Source: Methanobacteriota archaeon | Lineage (GTDB): Archaea; Thermoplasmatota; Thermoplasmata; SG8-5; JACRNV01 | Assembly (NCBI GenBank): GCA_016214785.1 | Contig: JACRNV010000005.1 | Location: 21,365 to 85,364, forward strand | Length of the DNA: 64,000 nucleotides | Direction: 5' to 3' | Shown: in pieces, positions 27,796 to 38,102 of the stretch | How the letters are laid out: each line of letters begins with the position of its first letter | Position numbering within the stretch: position 1 is the stretch's first letter | Made by a program: the position numbers and the translations under genes | The notes under the pieces: generated by a model | Seen by the model: the letters and a program-made list of their open reading frames with translations, nothing else | Databases searched by the model: none | Told to the model about the DNA's origin: nothing

Positions 27796-28893
27796 TCATC
27801 TGAAATATTCGCCGATGCCGGGCGCGGCGTCCAGGCGCTCGTCCGCCGACCATCTCGCCCTCGCGCGGTTCTTGGCCCTGTGCCTTGAGACCGCCTCGCG
27901 CATGTCCCGGACGAAATCGCCCCACCTGAACCGCTCGGGCTCTGCGCACCAGAGCCTGAAGAGCTCGGCCCTGTCCTTTTCGGGCATGGAGTTGAAGACG
28001 AGCCAGAAATCATAGAGCTCCAGGAAGGCGCTCCGCTCCGGCGCCCCCTTCCCATCGAGGCGCGCGGCGGCCCACATCGCCATCCCCTCCTCGACCCACT
28101 CGCAGCGCGGGTGCGCCCTGGAGGAGTCCTTGCGCTCGTGGACGTAGGCATGCGCGTGCTCGTGTGCCTCATGAAAGTCTCCCGCTCGCTCGTGGAGCGT
28201 CACCCCCTCTTGTATTGGCGTTCCGTCGGGCATTATCGCCGCGTACGGCAGGAAGAAGCCGCTGAAGGCGATGAAGGCGACCGGCGGCGGCCCGACGGTG
28301 TCGAAGAGCTTGCATTCGGCGCAGTTGTCCCTCGGAGGGGTTTCTGGGCTATCCATTCCAAGCCACGCCGGGTACTCGGCCAGGTGGGCGTAGAAGGTGT
28401 CTGATATCGTCTTGCCGAGGTCGTTCCACACCCTGGCGAAGGCCAGCGCCCTCTGGAAGTCCCTCAGGTCGTCCGGCTCGTAAGATTCGAGGAGCGCGAT
28501 GAACGCCCCCATGCGCCCGAAGCCGTCGCGCATGAGGGCGCGGAACTCCGGCCTGTGGCAGTTCGTCCCCTCCTTCCCCTCGTGGCCGAGGACGCAGTCC
28601 TTCCAGGCATCGACATACTCCTTCGTCCGCGCGAGGATGGCCAGCATCTCGCCGTGCTTGCCGAAGACGCGCCTGTAGACGGCTATCCTGAACATGACGT
28701 CTGCGGGGGCGCGCTGCGACGGGAACGGGACGTACTCGCCCAGGCCGAGGGCGCCCTCCAGCTCCCTTCTGCGCCTGAAATCGGCGGGGCGCGACGGGCG
28801 CTGGTTCTTGATTTCCTGGGCGCCGTCGCAAAGTATAGCTCTTTCATCCGGTGCCATTGCGAAAATGCGTATGGTGGAGGGGGTTATGAACAT
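27796..28893 (-). CDS. Hypothetical protein with HExxH..E zinc-metallopeptidase-like motif (start uncertain)
   Basis: HEAHEHAH followed by WVEEGMA; CxxC motif CAEC. Confidence 0.55.
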   Translation of the reverse strand: MFITPSTIRIFAMAPDERAILCDGAQEIKNQRPSRPADFRRRRELEGALGLGEYVPFPSQRAPADVMFRIAVYRRVFGKHGEMLAILARTKEYVDAWKDCVLGHEGKEGTNCHRPEFRALMRDGFGRMGAFIALLESYEPDDLRDFQRALAFARVWNDLGKTISDTFYAHLAEYPAWLGMDSPETPPRDNCAECKLFDTVGPPPVAFIAFSGFFLPYAAIMPDGTPIQEGVTLHERAGDFHEAHEHAHAYVHERKDSSRAHPRCEWVEEGMAMWAAARLDGKGAPERSAFLELYDFWLVFNSMPEKDRAELFRLWCAEPERFRWGDFVRDMREAVSRHRAKNRARARWSADERLDAAPGIGEYFR

Positions 28894-28898
28894 TGCCG

Positions 28899-28935
28899 CA
28901 CAAGGGGATTTCTTCGGAAATCTCCCTTGACCCCC
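28899..28935 (+). repeat. 37-bp palindromic dispersed element, copy A
   Basis: CACAAGGGGATTTC-TTCG-GAAATCTCCCTTGACCCCC; 34/37 identical to the reverse complement of 44683-44719. Confidence 0.8.
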
Positions 28936-29058
28936 AAATCCTTTATCGGGGTCCTAGGGGAATTCGGCTCACATTAATGTAAAAACGAAGAATGCCCCTA
29001 GGTTCAAGTAAGTTTTATATTCTGCGCCGCAGTTAACCTATGAAAGGAGCGATTCGAG

Positions 29059-29445
29059 ATGACGGGAAGTTTCATCAAGAGGAAGCCGTTCAGGCGCACG
29101 AAGGAAGGCGGTGCCGAAGAGCAGTACATCGACCTCGGCGAGATGGCGTTCGAAGACGAGGCCGGCGCGGCCGGGCCCGGCGGCGCGGCCGTCGTCAGGA
29201 TTGCGGAGGTTTACCGGTACGAGGACCTGTCCAACATCACGCAGAACCTCTACGCCGGGAACGTCCTCATCGTCGACTATTCGGCCATCTCCACGGACGA
29301 GCTCGCGTTCAAGCGCATGGTCAACGACCTCAAGTCCATAGCCAAGGACACCGGCGGCGACGTGGCCGGCCTGGGCAAGGAGATGCTCATCGCCACGCCT
29401 GGCGGCATGAGGGTCGACAGGAACAAGATAAAGGGCGCGTTCTAG
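29059..29445 (+). CDS. sepF: Cell division protein SepF
   Basis: Motifs YIDL, VRIAEV..YEDL, GNVLIVD, GGDVAGLG and IATPGGMRVDR. Confidence 0.88.
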   Translation: MTGSFIKRKPFRRTKEGGAEEQYIDLGEMAFEDEAGAAGPGGAAVVRIAEVYRYEDLSNITQNLYAGNVLIVDYSAISTDELAFKRMVNDLKSIAKDTGGDVAGLGKEMLIATPGGMRVDRNKIKGAF

Positions 29446-29453
29446 GCCCGGCC

Positions 29454-29993
29454 ATGCGAGGCCGCGCGACGATAGGGATCTACAATTCGTACGACCCGAG
29501 GAAGCTCCACGAGGCGCACCGCAGGGCGCTCGCGCGCGCTGGCCCGATTGCGCAGGCGTACGACTTCAACGTCGCAACCTTCGGTTTTCCGTACGGCGCC
29601 GATATGCGCACGCCCGCGCAAATCGTCGAATGGATATCCGGCTCGACGACGATCGGCGAGGACGGGCAGTACCTCGTCGACCTGGCGCAGAAGGGCCGGT
29701 TCCAGACCTTTGATTTTCCAAAGGGTGGCTTCCCGCCGCAGCTCGGCTTGTCTGTCCTCACGACGTGCCGCCCCTGGCCCGACCAGCGCATGAACCTGCG
29801 CGAGGCATGCGAGACCCTGGGCAACGGCCAGTCCATTTTACTGGTCTATGGCTTGGGCCCCAGGGGCGTGCCCGACGACGTTTTTAAAATCTGCGAGCGC
29901 CACCTGGACATCACCGACAAGGGCCTGTCCCTGGAGACGTGCACGGCGATGGGCGCGGTGCCGGCGGCGATATGGGCGAGGCTCAGGCACTGA
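29454..29993 (+). CDS. DUF531-like conserved archaeal protein (SPOUT-like)
   Basis: Motifs IGIYNSYD, HEAHRRALARA, GLGPRG and SLETCTAMG. Confidence 0.75.
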   Translation: MRGRATIGIYNSYDPRKLHEAHRRALARAGPIAQAYDFNVATFGFPYGADMRTPAQIVEWISGSTTIGEDGQYLVDLAQKGRFQTFDFPKGGFPPQLGLSVLTTCRPWPDQRMNLREACETLGNGQSILLVYGLGPRGVPDDVFKICERHLDITDKGLSLETCTAMGAVPAAIWARLRH

Positions 29994-30114
29994 AGCGGCC
30001 CCTCGACGAGCAACTAGTTTCGGCGACCTCCTTGAAACGTTTATATCTTACCATTATATTCTCATTTCGCTCTCAAACAAACAGGATGCAAAAGGGGGAG
30101 AGCGGGAAAGCGCG

Positions 30115-32976
30115 ATGAGCGAACGGGAAATAGAAGGCGTGACTGTCGGGAGAGACACAGAGAAACGATATTCCCAGTTTTTCAGCGTTGCAACAAATGG
30201 TTCCGAACCGTACCCATATCAAGAGTGGCTCGCCCTCTCCGACGCGCTCCCGCAGCTCGTGGACATTCCGACAGGCTGCGGCAAGACGGCGGCGGTCGTG
30301 CTGGCGTGGCTGTGGAGGAGGAGGTTCGCGAGCGAGGACGTGAAGAAGAAGACGCCGAGACGGCTGGTGTACTGCCTGCCGATGCGGGTGCTGGTGGAGC
30401 AGACGCGAGACAATATTGGCAAATGGCTTGAGAATCTGAGTATGCTGGCCAAGACACCAGCCGACGGCAAAACCCCGCAGGACGATGCGACCCCCGTAGA
30501 CGGCTGGGCGGCAATGCATGGGGACACGGGCAAGCGCATCGCCGTGACAATACTCATGGGCGGCGAGGACAAAGACGAATGGGATCTGTACCCAGAGAGA
30601 GACGCCATCATCATTGGAACCCAGGACATGCTGCTGTCGAGGGCACTAAACCGCGGTTATGGCATGAGTCGCTACAGGTGGCCGATGCACTTCGGGTTGC
30701 TGAATAACGATTGCCTTTGGGTAATGGACGAAGTGCAGTTGATGGGACCTGCTGTTGAAACCACACTGCAATTGGAAGCGTTTCGACAACATCGGTGGGG
30801 AACATATGGCTCTATCGCAAGTATCTGGATGAGCGCAACGCTCTCAAAAGAAATGTGCCAGACAGTTGATCGAAAAGCAATCGAAGAGAAATTAGGCAAG
30901 CCACTCGCGGCTAATACACTTTCCTTTGATAAAGATTGTGAAAAGATGCAAAATATATTAGAGGCGCAAAAGAAAGTAACCGTTATTTCGTCCCCCCCCA
31001 AAACCGAGGATATTCTCAAAGACCATGTGCAAGGTAGCTTATCGTTAGTGATTTTGAATACGGTGCAAGAGGCACGCGAATTGTATGAATCTTTTGAAAG
31101 TACAAGCGCTGAATCGTTGAAAAGTGAGGTCGAGAAATTACGTTGCGAAATCAAACATCCAGAGTCATGGGCAAAAGTCAGGAAAGACAGAACGCTGAAG
31201 AGTACAGACCTCAAAAAAATCGAAAAGAAAAAAACAGAACTTAACGAGAAAGAACTGAAACTGAAAAAGTTGGAAGCAATACCACCAGTAATCCTTTTGC
31301 ACTCACAATTCCGTCCAGATGACCGCAAAAAACGGGTTGAAGAACTATTAGACTTTGAGCGGAAAAGGAAAGAAAATGCATGTGCGAAGAAAGAAGGAAT
31401 GTCAGCACCCAACGATTTAGGTCATGGCTTAATTGTGATAACTACGCAGGTTGTCGAAGCAGGCGTTGATATCTCTTCGGAAAGGCTCTGGAGCGAAGTG
31501 GCACCTTGGGCGTCTATCGTCCAGAGGTTGGGTCGGCTGAATCGTGATGGAAAAGCAGATGGCGCGAAAGCCAATATCTGGATGCCTGAAGGTGAAAAGA
31601 AATTAGAACACATTGGACCGTATCTCAGTCAAGACTTGGAATCTGCCAAAGAACAATTAAAGAGGTTAGCTCAGGATTCTCGCAACTGCACTCCAAAGTT
31701 CGGCGAAGCGCTACGTGAGATTCCAATTGTAAGAAAGCCCGAGACCGTGATACGTCCGATTGACATCTATGAGCTCTTTTCAACCGACCCGGATTTGCAC
31801 GGTGGCTTTACCGATATCTCTCGCTATGTTCGCTCAGTTGACCGAGAAATCACTGCGCAGGTACTCTGGCGCGATTTCGATCCAACAAAGAAGGACGACC
31901 CTTCGGAGTTACCTGCTCCTCTTCGCAAGGAACTGTGCCCAGTCCCATTCTACGACCTAGCTAAGTTCGTGGAAGAAGCGAAATGTGCTGCGTGGCTCTA
32001 TTCGCCTGATGACTCCGAGGAGAAATGGCAGAGAATTGTGCATCGCGACATTCGCCCGGGAATGACAATTCTTTTATCAAAATATATTGGAGGATACAAT
32101 GAAAAAACCGGTTGGACAGGAATAAAAGAAGATCTACCAGAAACTGTCTATGCTGGCATAGCAGATGACGATTTACGTGAAGACCGTTATTCTCGAGGTA
32201 AAATATGGCAAACTATTGCTCAACACACCGATGATTCCTATTCCATCCTCCAACTTTTACTTGAAACCATCCAGGCATTACCTGAGGGGGAACGTAAAAC
32301 TATTCTCCAATCCATGCGTTGGCATGACGCTGGAAAAGCCCACTCTCAATGGCAGAATGCTATTGTACCATCTCCAAAAAATCCGCCGCCAAAGAGCGAC
32401 GGGCTATGGGGAAAATTCGTAATGGATGGAAGATTCCGGCCAAACCTCCGCCACGAATTGGCGAGCGCTTTGAGACTCCGTCGCGAGTGGATTAATAATC
32501 CTACAAACGGGCATTCAGCGCTTGCAGTTTATCTCGCTGCCGCCCACCACGGCATCGTGAGATGCGAACTTCGTTCTAACATTAAGCCGACAGAATGGGA
32601 CGAAGCATCCTTTGCTGTTCGAAACGCGTTCGGTGTGTTCGAAAAGGATAATAAAGGAAAACCGATTGAACTACCTGAGACAGACTTAGGTGATGGTGTC
32701 AAAGTACCGAGATTCAGCCTTTTGGATGAGTTGGAGTGCATGGAAGTCGGTCTTATCGAGAAAGGCGGTCACGAAGAGCCAAGTTGGGTCCAGATGGTCA
32801 GCGACATATTGGGGCCGTGCGAGGCGGGAATCGTGTATCCGAGCGTTCCTACGGCGGAATTCAGAAAGGGTGAACATAGCGAGGTCCATAAACTCGGACC
32901 GTTTAAGTTAGCTTATCTGGAGACGTTGGTTCGTGTTTCTGACTGGCGTGCGAGCAAAGCCGGAGGAATGCCATGA
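30115..32976 (+). CDS. cas3: Type I-G Cas3 helicase with C-terminal HD nuclease
   Basis: Motifs PYPYQ, PTGCGKT, RRLVYCLPMR.LVEQ, GTQDMLLSRALNRGY, DEVQL, MSAT, TQVVEAGVD and QRLGRLNR. C-terminal WHDAGKAH, RHE and HHG. Confidence 0.93.
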   Translation: MSEREIEGVTVGRDTEKRYSQFFSVATNGSEPYPYQEWLALSDALPQLVDIPTGCGKTAAVVLAWLWRRRFASEDVKKKTPRRLVYCLPMRVLVEQTRDNIGKWLENLSMLAKTPADGKTPQDDATPVDGWAAMHGDTGKRIAVTILMGGEDKDEWDLYPERDAIIIGTQDMLLSRALNRGYGMSRYRWPMHFGLLNNDCLWVMDEVQLMGPAVETTLQLEAFRQHRWGTYGSIASIWMSATLSKEMCQTVDRKAIEEKLGKPLAANTLSFDKDCEKMQNILEAQKKVTVISSPPKTEDILKDHVQGSLSLVILNTVQEARELYESFESTSAESLKSEVEKLRCEIKHPESWAKVRKDRTLKSTDLKKIEKKKTELNEKELKLKKLEAIPPVILLHSQFRPDDRKKRVEELLDFERKRKENACAKKEGMSAPNDLGHGLIVITTQVVEAGVDISSERLWSEVAPWASIVQRLGRLNRDGKADGAKANIWMPEGEKKLEHIGPYLSQDLESAKEQLKRLAQDSRNCTPKFGEALREIPIVRKPETVIRPIDIYELFSTDPDLHGGFTDISRYVRSVDREITAQVLWRDFDPTKKDDPSELPAPLRKELCPVPFYDLAKFVEEAKCAAWLYSPDDSEEKWQRIVHRDIRPGMTILLSKYIGGYNEKTGWTGIKEDLPETVYAGIADDDLREDRYSRGKIWQTIAQHTDDSYSILQLLLETIQALPEGERKTILQSMRWHDAGKAHSQWQNAIVPSPKNPPPKSDGLWGKFVMDGRFRPNLRHELASALRLRREWINNPTNGHSALAVYLAAAHHGIVRCELRSNIKPTEWDEASFAVRNAFGVFEKDNKGKPIELPETDLGDGVKVPRFSLLDELECMEVGLIEKGGHEEPSWVQMVSDILGPCEAGIVYPSVPTAEFRKGEHSEVHKLGPFKLAYLETLVRVSDWRASKAGGMP

Positions 32977-35282
32977 ATGAGATTCCGATTCCTTTGCTGG
33001 GGCTCACGCCAACGCCACTGGGTAATTATTTAGCGGCTCTCGGGGTGTTAAAAGCGGTATCTAAGAAATGGCCGGAAGCACGTGGATTCTGGCGAGACGA
33101 TATATTCCATTTGCGCGGGCCGTTTGGGGTAGATGACATAGTAAAGTACCTAGCTGAAGAGTGGGAGCCGACGCCGTTTATCCGACCATGGAATCCAGAT
33201 GAAGTCGAGGATAAAAAAACTCTTGATAGCGTTCCATCAAAGTTCGAGACTACAAGAAATGGGCTTCGTTTTAGTATCGATCAAATCGCTCAATCAGAAA
33301 AATTGAAAACTGCCAAAAATAAGTTAAAAGAGAGAAAGGACTTTTTGAATGAAAAAGGCGGTTCGAAAAGAGAGAAACAAATGCGTATAAAGGCTGATGA
33401 AACAATCTCCAAGCTTAACCTTTCTATCAAGGAAATTGAGAAATCATTTAGTCCTAACTTGCACCGTGATAAATCCCCCGAAGCAACCGTTTCAGTCATA
33501 GATGCAACACTTCAGACATTAACTGAAACGAAGCAAGACCGGATTAACGCCCCACTCTTAGGGACGGGTGGTAACGATGGTAAACGTGACTTTATGCGTG
33601 TTTGGATGATCCAGATACAGGCGATTTATTCGCCGGGCCAGATAGAGCAATCAAAGAATTGGTTAGCTCACGCATTAGGGGTGGAAATGAATATATGCTC
33701 CCCTCTTTCAGAGATATCTGGAAATTCGTGGTTTCCAGATGCCATTAAAATACACAACAGTGGGCAGCAGGGATACTATACTGAGCACCCTTCAAATCCA
33801 TGGCTCTATGTGCTTGCATGTGAAGGAGTATGTATTCTCTCAGGTAGTTCATCTAGACGATTAGGAGTGCATGCACAACCTAGCGCAATATTCCCCTTTG
33901 TGACCAATCCAGAATCTCCATATAATAAAGCGACGGTTGGTCATGTTTCTGCTGAATTTTGGGCACCGATATGGCACAAACCTGTTACTCTTACCGAGAT
34001 TGCTGGCGTTTTTCGACGTGGACGCGCATCATTTTCAGGCCGATCTGCAACCTATCCACATCGCATGGCAGAAGCAATAATTGCGCAAGGAACTGAACAT
34101 GGCGTGATGGCTTTTGAAAGGCACTCGCTTTCCCAAACAACAAGTGCAAACACTTTTGAGGCATTGCCTACAGGTCGATTCAAAGTGCGTCAAGATATGG
34201 TGGGTGCATCTCAATGTTTGGCAGAACTCACGACGTGGGAAGATAAACTACCGAGAGATAGTGCCAAGATTGTTTTGGGACTACGCCGTGCATTTGAAGA
34301 TGCTGTACTCTCTGTAACCGCTGAACCTGATGATTATGTTACTTGGCAACATCTCCTTATTACCTGCGCCGAGATACACAGGCGGGTTGACCAAAACAAA
34401 GATTTCCGTAAATCTTGCCGTCCCGTACCTCCGCTCTCCCTTCGTTGGCTGAAATTCCTTGACGATGGTTCGGAGGAATTCGAACTGGCTGCGGCGGTCG
34501 CATCCATACGAGGTAATCGTAATGGAGAAGAGGGCTGCGGCCCACTACGCGGGAACATCTTTAGCGTGGATATTTTTGAACGTGCCCAATTTGCACCCGG
34601 CCAGCCAGATAATTCTTGGGCAAGTTTCACCAAGAGCCCTTCTAACCGAGTTGTTTGGTCTGGGATGAATCTAATACACGACATGAACGAAGTCTTACGC
34701 CGCCGGTCCGTAGATTCTCCTCTGACATCATCGTTGGCACTTGGCGGGCGAGTTATGTGTTCCCCTTCCTCCCTTGCGTTGTTCCTTGACGGGCAGTTGG
34801 ATGATGCACGAATTTCTAAACTCATTCCAGCCATCTCACTATTGAATTGGAACGACCAGAGAGTCGAACCGTATAATTTGATGGCAGAACGGCGTGGTTC
34901 TCATAATAATGAGCGAAACGCCCTATACACGTTGCCACGCCCATATCTTCTCATGAAACTCCTATTCCAGCCATACAATTTCATCACGCGGAAATATGAT
35001 GGCCTCAAAGTAAGGGCGTTTGGAGGAAACCGCAAATTCCCCCCGAGGGCTCCACAGGCATTGGCGGCACTGATGGCCGGAGATTTGAACCGTGCCGTGT
35101 CCGAGGTCACAACTCGCTTGCGTGCATGCGGTTTGTCTCCGGTGAAAATGGAAATCCCGACGCAATCAAGCGATTATTGCGAAAGAATAGCGGCTGCATT
35201 ACTTGTGCCGCTTTCCACGTTCTACATGTCCCAGTCAATTGATATGATATGCAACCCAAAGATGGAGGATAAAAACAAATAA
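32973..35282 (+). CDS. cas8g1: Type I-G large subunit Cas8g1 (Csx17)
   Basis: Motifs PTPLGNYLAALGV, PLLGTGGNDG, NPWLYVLACEG, FPF, EFWAPIW and EFELAAAVAS. Confidence 0.88.
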   Translation: MNEIPIPLLGLTPTPLGNYLAALGVLKAVSKKWPEARGFWRDDIFHLRGPFGVDDIVKYLAEEWEPTPFIRPWNPDEVEDKKTLDSVPSKFETTRNGLRFSIDQIAQSEKLKTAKNKLKERKDFLNEKGGSKREKQMRIKADETISKLNLSIKEIEKSFSPNLHRDKSPEATVSVIDATLQTLTETKQDRINAPLLGTGGNDGKRDFMRVWMIQIQAIYSPGQIEQSKNWLAHALGVEMNICSPLSEISGNSWFPDAIKIHNSGQQGYYTEHPSNPWLYVLACEGVCILSGSSSRRLGVHAQPSAIFPFVTNPESPYNKATVGHVSAEFWAPIWHKPVTLTEIAGVFRRGRASFSGRSATYPHRMAEAIIAQGTEHGVMAFERHSLSQTTSANTFEALPTGRFKVRQDMVGASQCLAELTTWEDKLPRDSAKIVLGLRRAFEDAVLSVTAEPDDYVTWQHLLITCAEIHRRVDQNKDFRKSCRPVPPLSLRWLKFLDDGSEEFELAAAVASIRGNRNGEEGCGPLRGNIFSVDIFERAQFAPGQPDNSWASFTKSPSNRVVWSGMNLIHDMNEVLRRRSVDSPLTSSLALGGRVMCSPSSLALFLDGQLDDARISKLIPAISLLNWNDQRVEPYNLMAERRGSHNNERNALYTLPRPYLLMKLLFQPYNFITRKYDGLKVRAFGGNRKFPPRAPQALAALMAGDLNRAVSEVTTRLRACGLSPVKMEIPTQSSDYCERIAAALLVPLSTFYMSQSIDMICNPKMEDKNK

Positions 35283-35295
35283 GGAAGGTGAAAAT

Positions 35296-36471
35296 ATGGA
35301 GACAACGAAAAAAAAGGATGAACAAAAAGACGAATTGGACAAGTTGCTGGCAGACAAGAACACACACCGGTTAGTCATCAAGGCCCGCCTGCAACCGGTT
35401 GGATACAACCCCGATACCGGCGAATGTGCGAGATTCCAGCCTGCTGGATTTCCGGAAATAGGGCACGTGATATACGACGCGCCAATTGTCAAGAAAGATA
35501 AAGATGGTAAGCTGATGCTGGATGATGAAAAACAACCCATACATGCGACACAAAAAATATGCATCATCGATTCCGCCGCTTCGATGGCAAACCACCTGGA
35601 AAAGGTCATGTGGGATGAGACCGCTTGCGAACTCCAACCGGATCTGGCGCATCTACCATACATCCGATTAGAATTGACTGAAGATGGAAAAGAAGCCATA
35701 TTCGCAACATCCAGTATATTGCAGGATCATCGAATCGCGTCATCTTATTTCCTTGATGCAATGTGCAAGGAACCTGAGGGGAAGAAGTTCATAGATTATC
35801 TTTTCGAACAAGGTAAATTCGAAGCTACCGCGGGTAGATCGTTTATCCCCCCAACAAAACGCAAGGATATATTGAACACGCTGTTCAATCATGATCCCAA
35901 CTCATTACTACATGGTGTGTTCTTCCCTCAGAAAAAGCTGGGGAATTTCAAACTTGCAAGGATGCTGACTGCATCTTTGGAAGCCATAGGCGCAGATAGA
36001 GTGTCAAGTGCTGGTGTAAAGTTTGACCCCATCGGAAAGAAACATGCCAAAGACACAAACTATGGACAATCCATATTCCAAAAAGAGGATGACGTGGCCA
36101 CGAACATCGTAGCGACCTTCGTAATAGACCTTGATTTGCTTCGTTCTTTTGGTCTGGACCCAAACAAAAATAGACTACTTGTAGAACTTGCCGCGTGGAA
36201 GATCCGAAGGCTCCTGGCGCACCCGAAGTTGCGAACTAGCTGTTTCTTGTCATTGAAGAAACTATGGCTTCATGCCAACGATGAGGAAAAACAGAGTGAT
36301 TTAATCGAGACATGGGCAAACTCTGTCAGCAAGGACATCAAAGAAGTATTCCCGCATGGAAAGGCATTTGTCGTCACCTCTCTTAAAAAAGAGGTGCTCG
36401 ATAGTGCTGGCCAAGATGATGAAGAAGACGAGGAAAAAGCAACCACCCCTGCGCCGGAAGGAACACCATGA
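35296..36471 (+). CDS. csb1: Type I-G Cas7 (Csb1)
   Basis: Motifs RFQPAGFPEIG, DSAASMANHLE, HRIAS, DPNSLLHGVF, GVKFD and LRTSC. Confidence 0.9.
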   Translation: METTKKKDEQKDELDKLLADKNTHRLVIKARLQPVGYNPDTGECARFQPAGFPEIGHVIYDAPIVKKDKDGKLMLDDEKQPIHATQKICIIDSAASMANHLEKVMWDETACELQPDLAHLPYIRLELTEDGKEAIFATSSILQDHRIASSYFLDAMCKEPEGKKFIDYLFEQGKFEATAGRSFIPPTKRKDILNTLFNHDPNSLLHGVFFPQKKLGNFKLARMLTASLEAIGADRVSSAGVKFDPIGKKHAKDTNYGQSIFQKEDDVATNIVATFVIDLDLLRSFGLDPNKNRLLVELAAWKIRRLLAHPKLRTSCFLSLKKLWLHANDEEKQSDLIETWANSVSKDIKEVFPHGKAFVVTSLKKEVLDSAGQDDEEDEEKATTPAPEGTP

Positions 36472-38102
36472 GTGTTTACATCAAACAAACATTCCCCCTC
36501 GGTCGTTTCCATGCAACACGCTGGGCTGAGAACCCACCTGCCGACCCGTTCGGTGAGTGGCCGCCGAGTCCGTGGCGATTGCTGAGAGCGTTAGCGGCAG
36601 CGTGGTTCAACAGTGGACACACCGACGGGATTTCTGGTGACACGGTGAAATCGGTGTTGACTAAGCTCGCAAGTTCTCCACCAGATTTTCATCTACCAGA
36701 ATCAGCACGACGAAGTGGCCCCCTCAAATTCTATCAACCCAAGGGCAAACATGCACCAGCACTCAACAAGCAAGATACGACCCTCGTAGAAGACCATTTC
36801 ATAGCACTGCCGCCTGACGAACCCGTTTGGTGGATATGGAACCTACCGAAAGATACCCCTTTGTTACCAGAAGAAATCACCGCCCTCCGAAAGCTCTGTC
36901 TTCGAATTAATTATTTTGGTCGTGCCGAGAGCATTTGCCATTTGGAACTGACAGAGACCTTGCCAAACGGGATCAAGGCAAATGCCACGGTCCAACTCAG
37001 TCGCGCCGCTGGCAGTCGCCCCGTCCTTTGTTCGAACGCCAGCACTTTTCAACCGGAGCATCTGCTTGAAACTACAGAGAATATGCTGACTAAGCGTCGG
37101 AGTAAACTACCGGAAGGCGCTGAGTGGCGTTTCTACAAGCTAGAGCATCAATTCCCACCATCTCCCCCAAAGTCGGCAAGAAAAAAGTATTCTTACCCCA
37201 AAGGGATACATCATTTGCAATTCGCCCTCGGTGGACGCGTGTGGCCAACCGAAAAATTCATCGTATCCATTGCCGAGAGATTCCGGGGATCGGTACTGAG
37301 GCAATATGCAATAATCGTTACTGGCAATCGAGATGCACGTTTCGAACCAGGGTTTCTTTCAAAGGAACAATGGAGCGAGAATCTTTCTGGCAAGCACTAC
37401 AACGGCACTCTATGTACCGGGCACGAACATGCATTCTACCTTCCTTGGTTAGATGAGGGGAATATTACACGTCTTATTATTTGGTCATACAACGCACTGA
37501 CCTCCGATGAGATCGAAGCTTGTATTCGGGTAGAGAAAATATATTGGGGCGACGGCAGGTATCCTTTACGTGTCATTCCGTTGCCAGTGAAAACGCCGTT
37601 GCTAGAGTGCATGAACAGAAAAACACAAAGCATGACCTGGGTAGCAAGAACACCGTTCGTTCCGCCAAGGTTTTTCTTGAGAAGAAATGGGCAGATGAAG
37701 CCTGGACAATCGCCATCGGACCAGCTGAAATCGCTGCTGCCCATTGAAATGCAACCATTGATCGTGGGGGTCGAAGGTCTCGATCCAAAAGGCGATGGCA
37801 TGAATGGAAAGCATCCTATCAATTGGGTCGGTGTTGACGGGTCTGAATCAAGTGGGGACCAAGGGGCACAAAATTACAAGCCATGCCGCTTTGGAAGTAT
37901 TCGGGTACACGCCAAAGAGACCGCACCGGATAATCGTCGGGCATTTTATCCGGTGATACTAAGATTTTCCAAGCCAGTGACGTTACCAATACCAGCTTAC
38001 GGCCACTCGTCCCACTTCGGCCTCGGCCTCTTCGTCCCCACCGATGCCGCCCCCGGACCCGGGGCGAACAAGGGGGCCCAACCGGAAGGTGGTGAAAAGT
38101 GA
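36468..38102 (+). CDS. csb2: Type I-G Csb2 (Cas5-Cas6 fusion)
   Basis: Motifs FPLGRFHAT.W, EWPPSPWRLLRAL, YFGRAES and H.HAFYLP, with C-terminal GHSSHFGLGLF. Confidence 0.92.
   Translation: MSVYIKQTFPLGRFHATRWAENPPADPFGEWPPSPWRLLRALAAAWFNSGHTDGISGDTVKSVLTKLASSPPDFHLPESARRSGPLKFYQPKGKHAPALNKQDTTLVEDHFIALPPDEPVWWIWNLPKDTPLLPEEITALRKLCLRINYFGRAESICHLELTETLPNGIKANATVQLSRAAGSRPVLCSNASTFQPEHLLETTENMLTKRRSKLPEGAEWRFYKLEHQFPPSPPKSARKKYSYPKGIHHLQFALGGRVWPTEKFIVSIAERFRGSVLRQYAIIVTGNRDARFEPGFLSKEQWSENLSGKHYNGTLCTGHEHAFYLPWLDEGNITRLIIWSYNALTSDEIEACIRVEKIYWGDGRYPLRVIPLPVKTPLLECMNRKTQSMTWVARTPFVPPRFFLRRNGQMKPGQSPSDQLKSLLPIEMQPLIVGVEGLDPKGDGMNGKHPINWVGVDGSESSGDQGAQNYKPCRFGSIRVHAKETAPDNRRAFYPVILRFSKPVTLPIPAYGHSSHFGLGLFVPTDAAPGPGANKGAQPEGGEK

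Noticed and set aside
29848-30114. 89-aa N-terminal extension of Cas3 in the ORF track
   Set aside because: It overlaps the DUF531-like gene and a promoter-like AT tract; ATG 30115 is the more plausible start.
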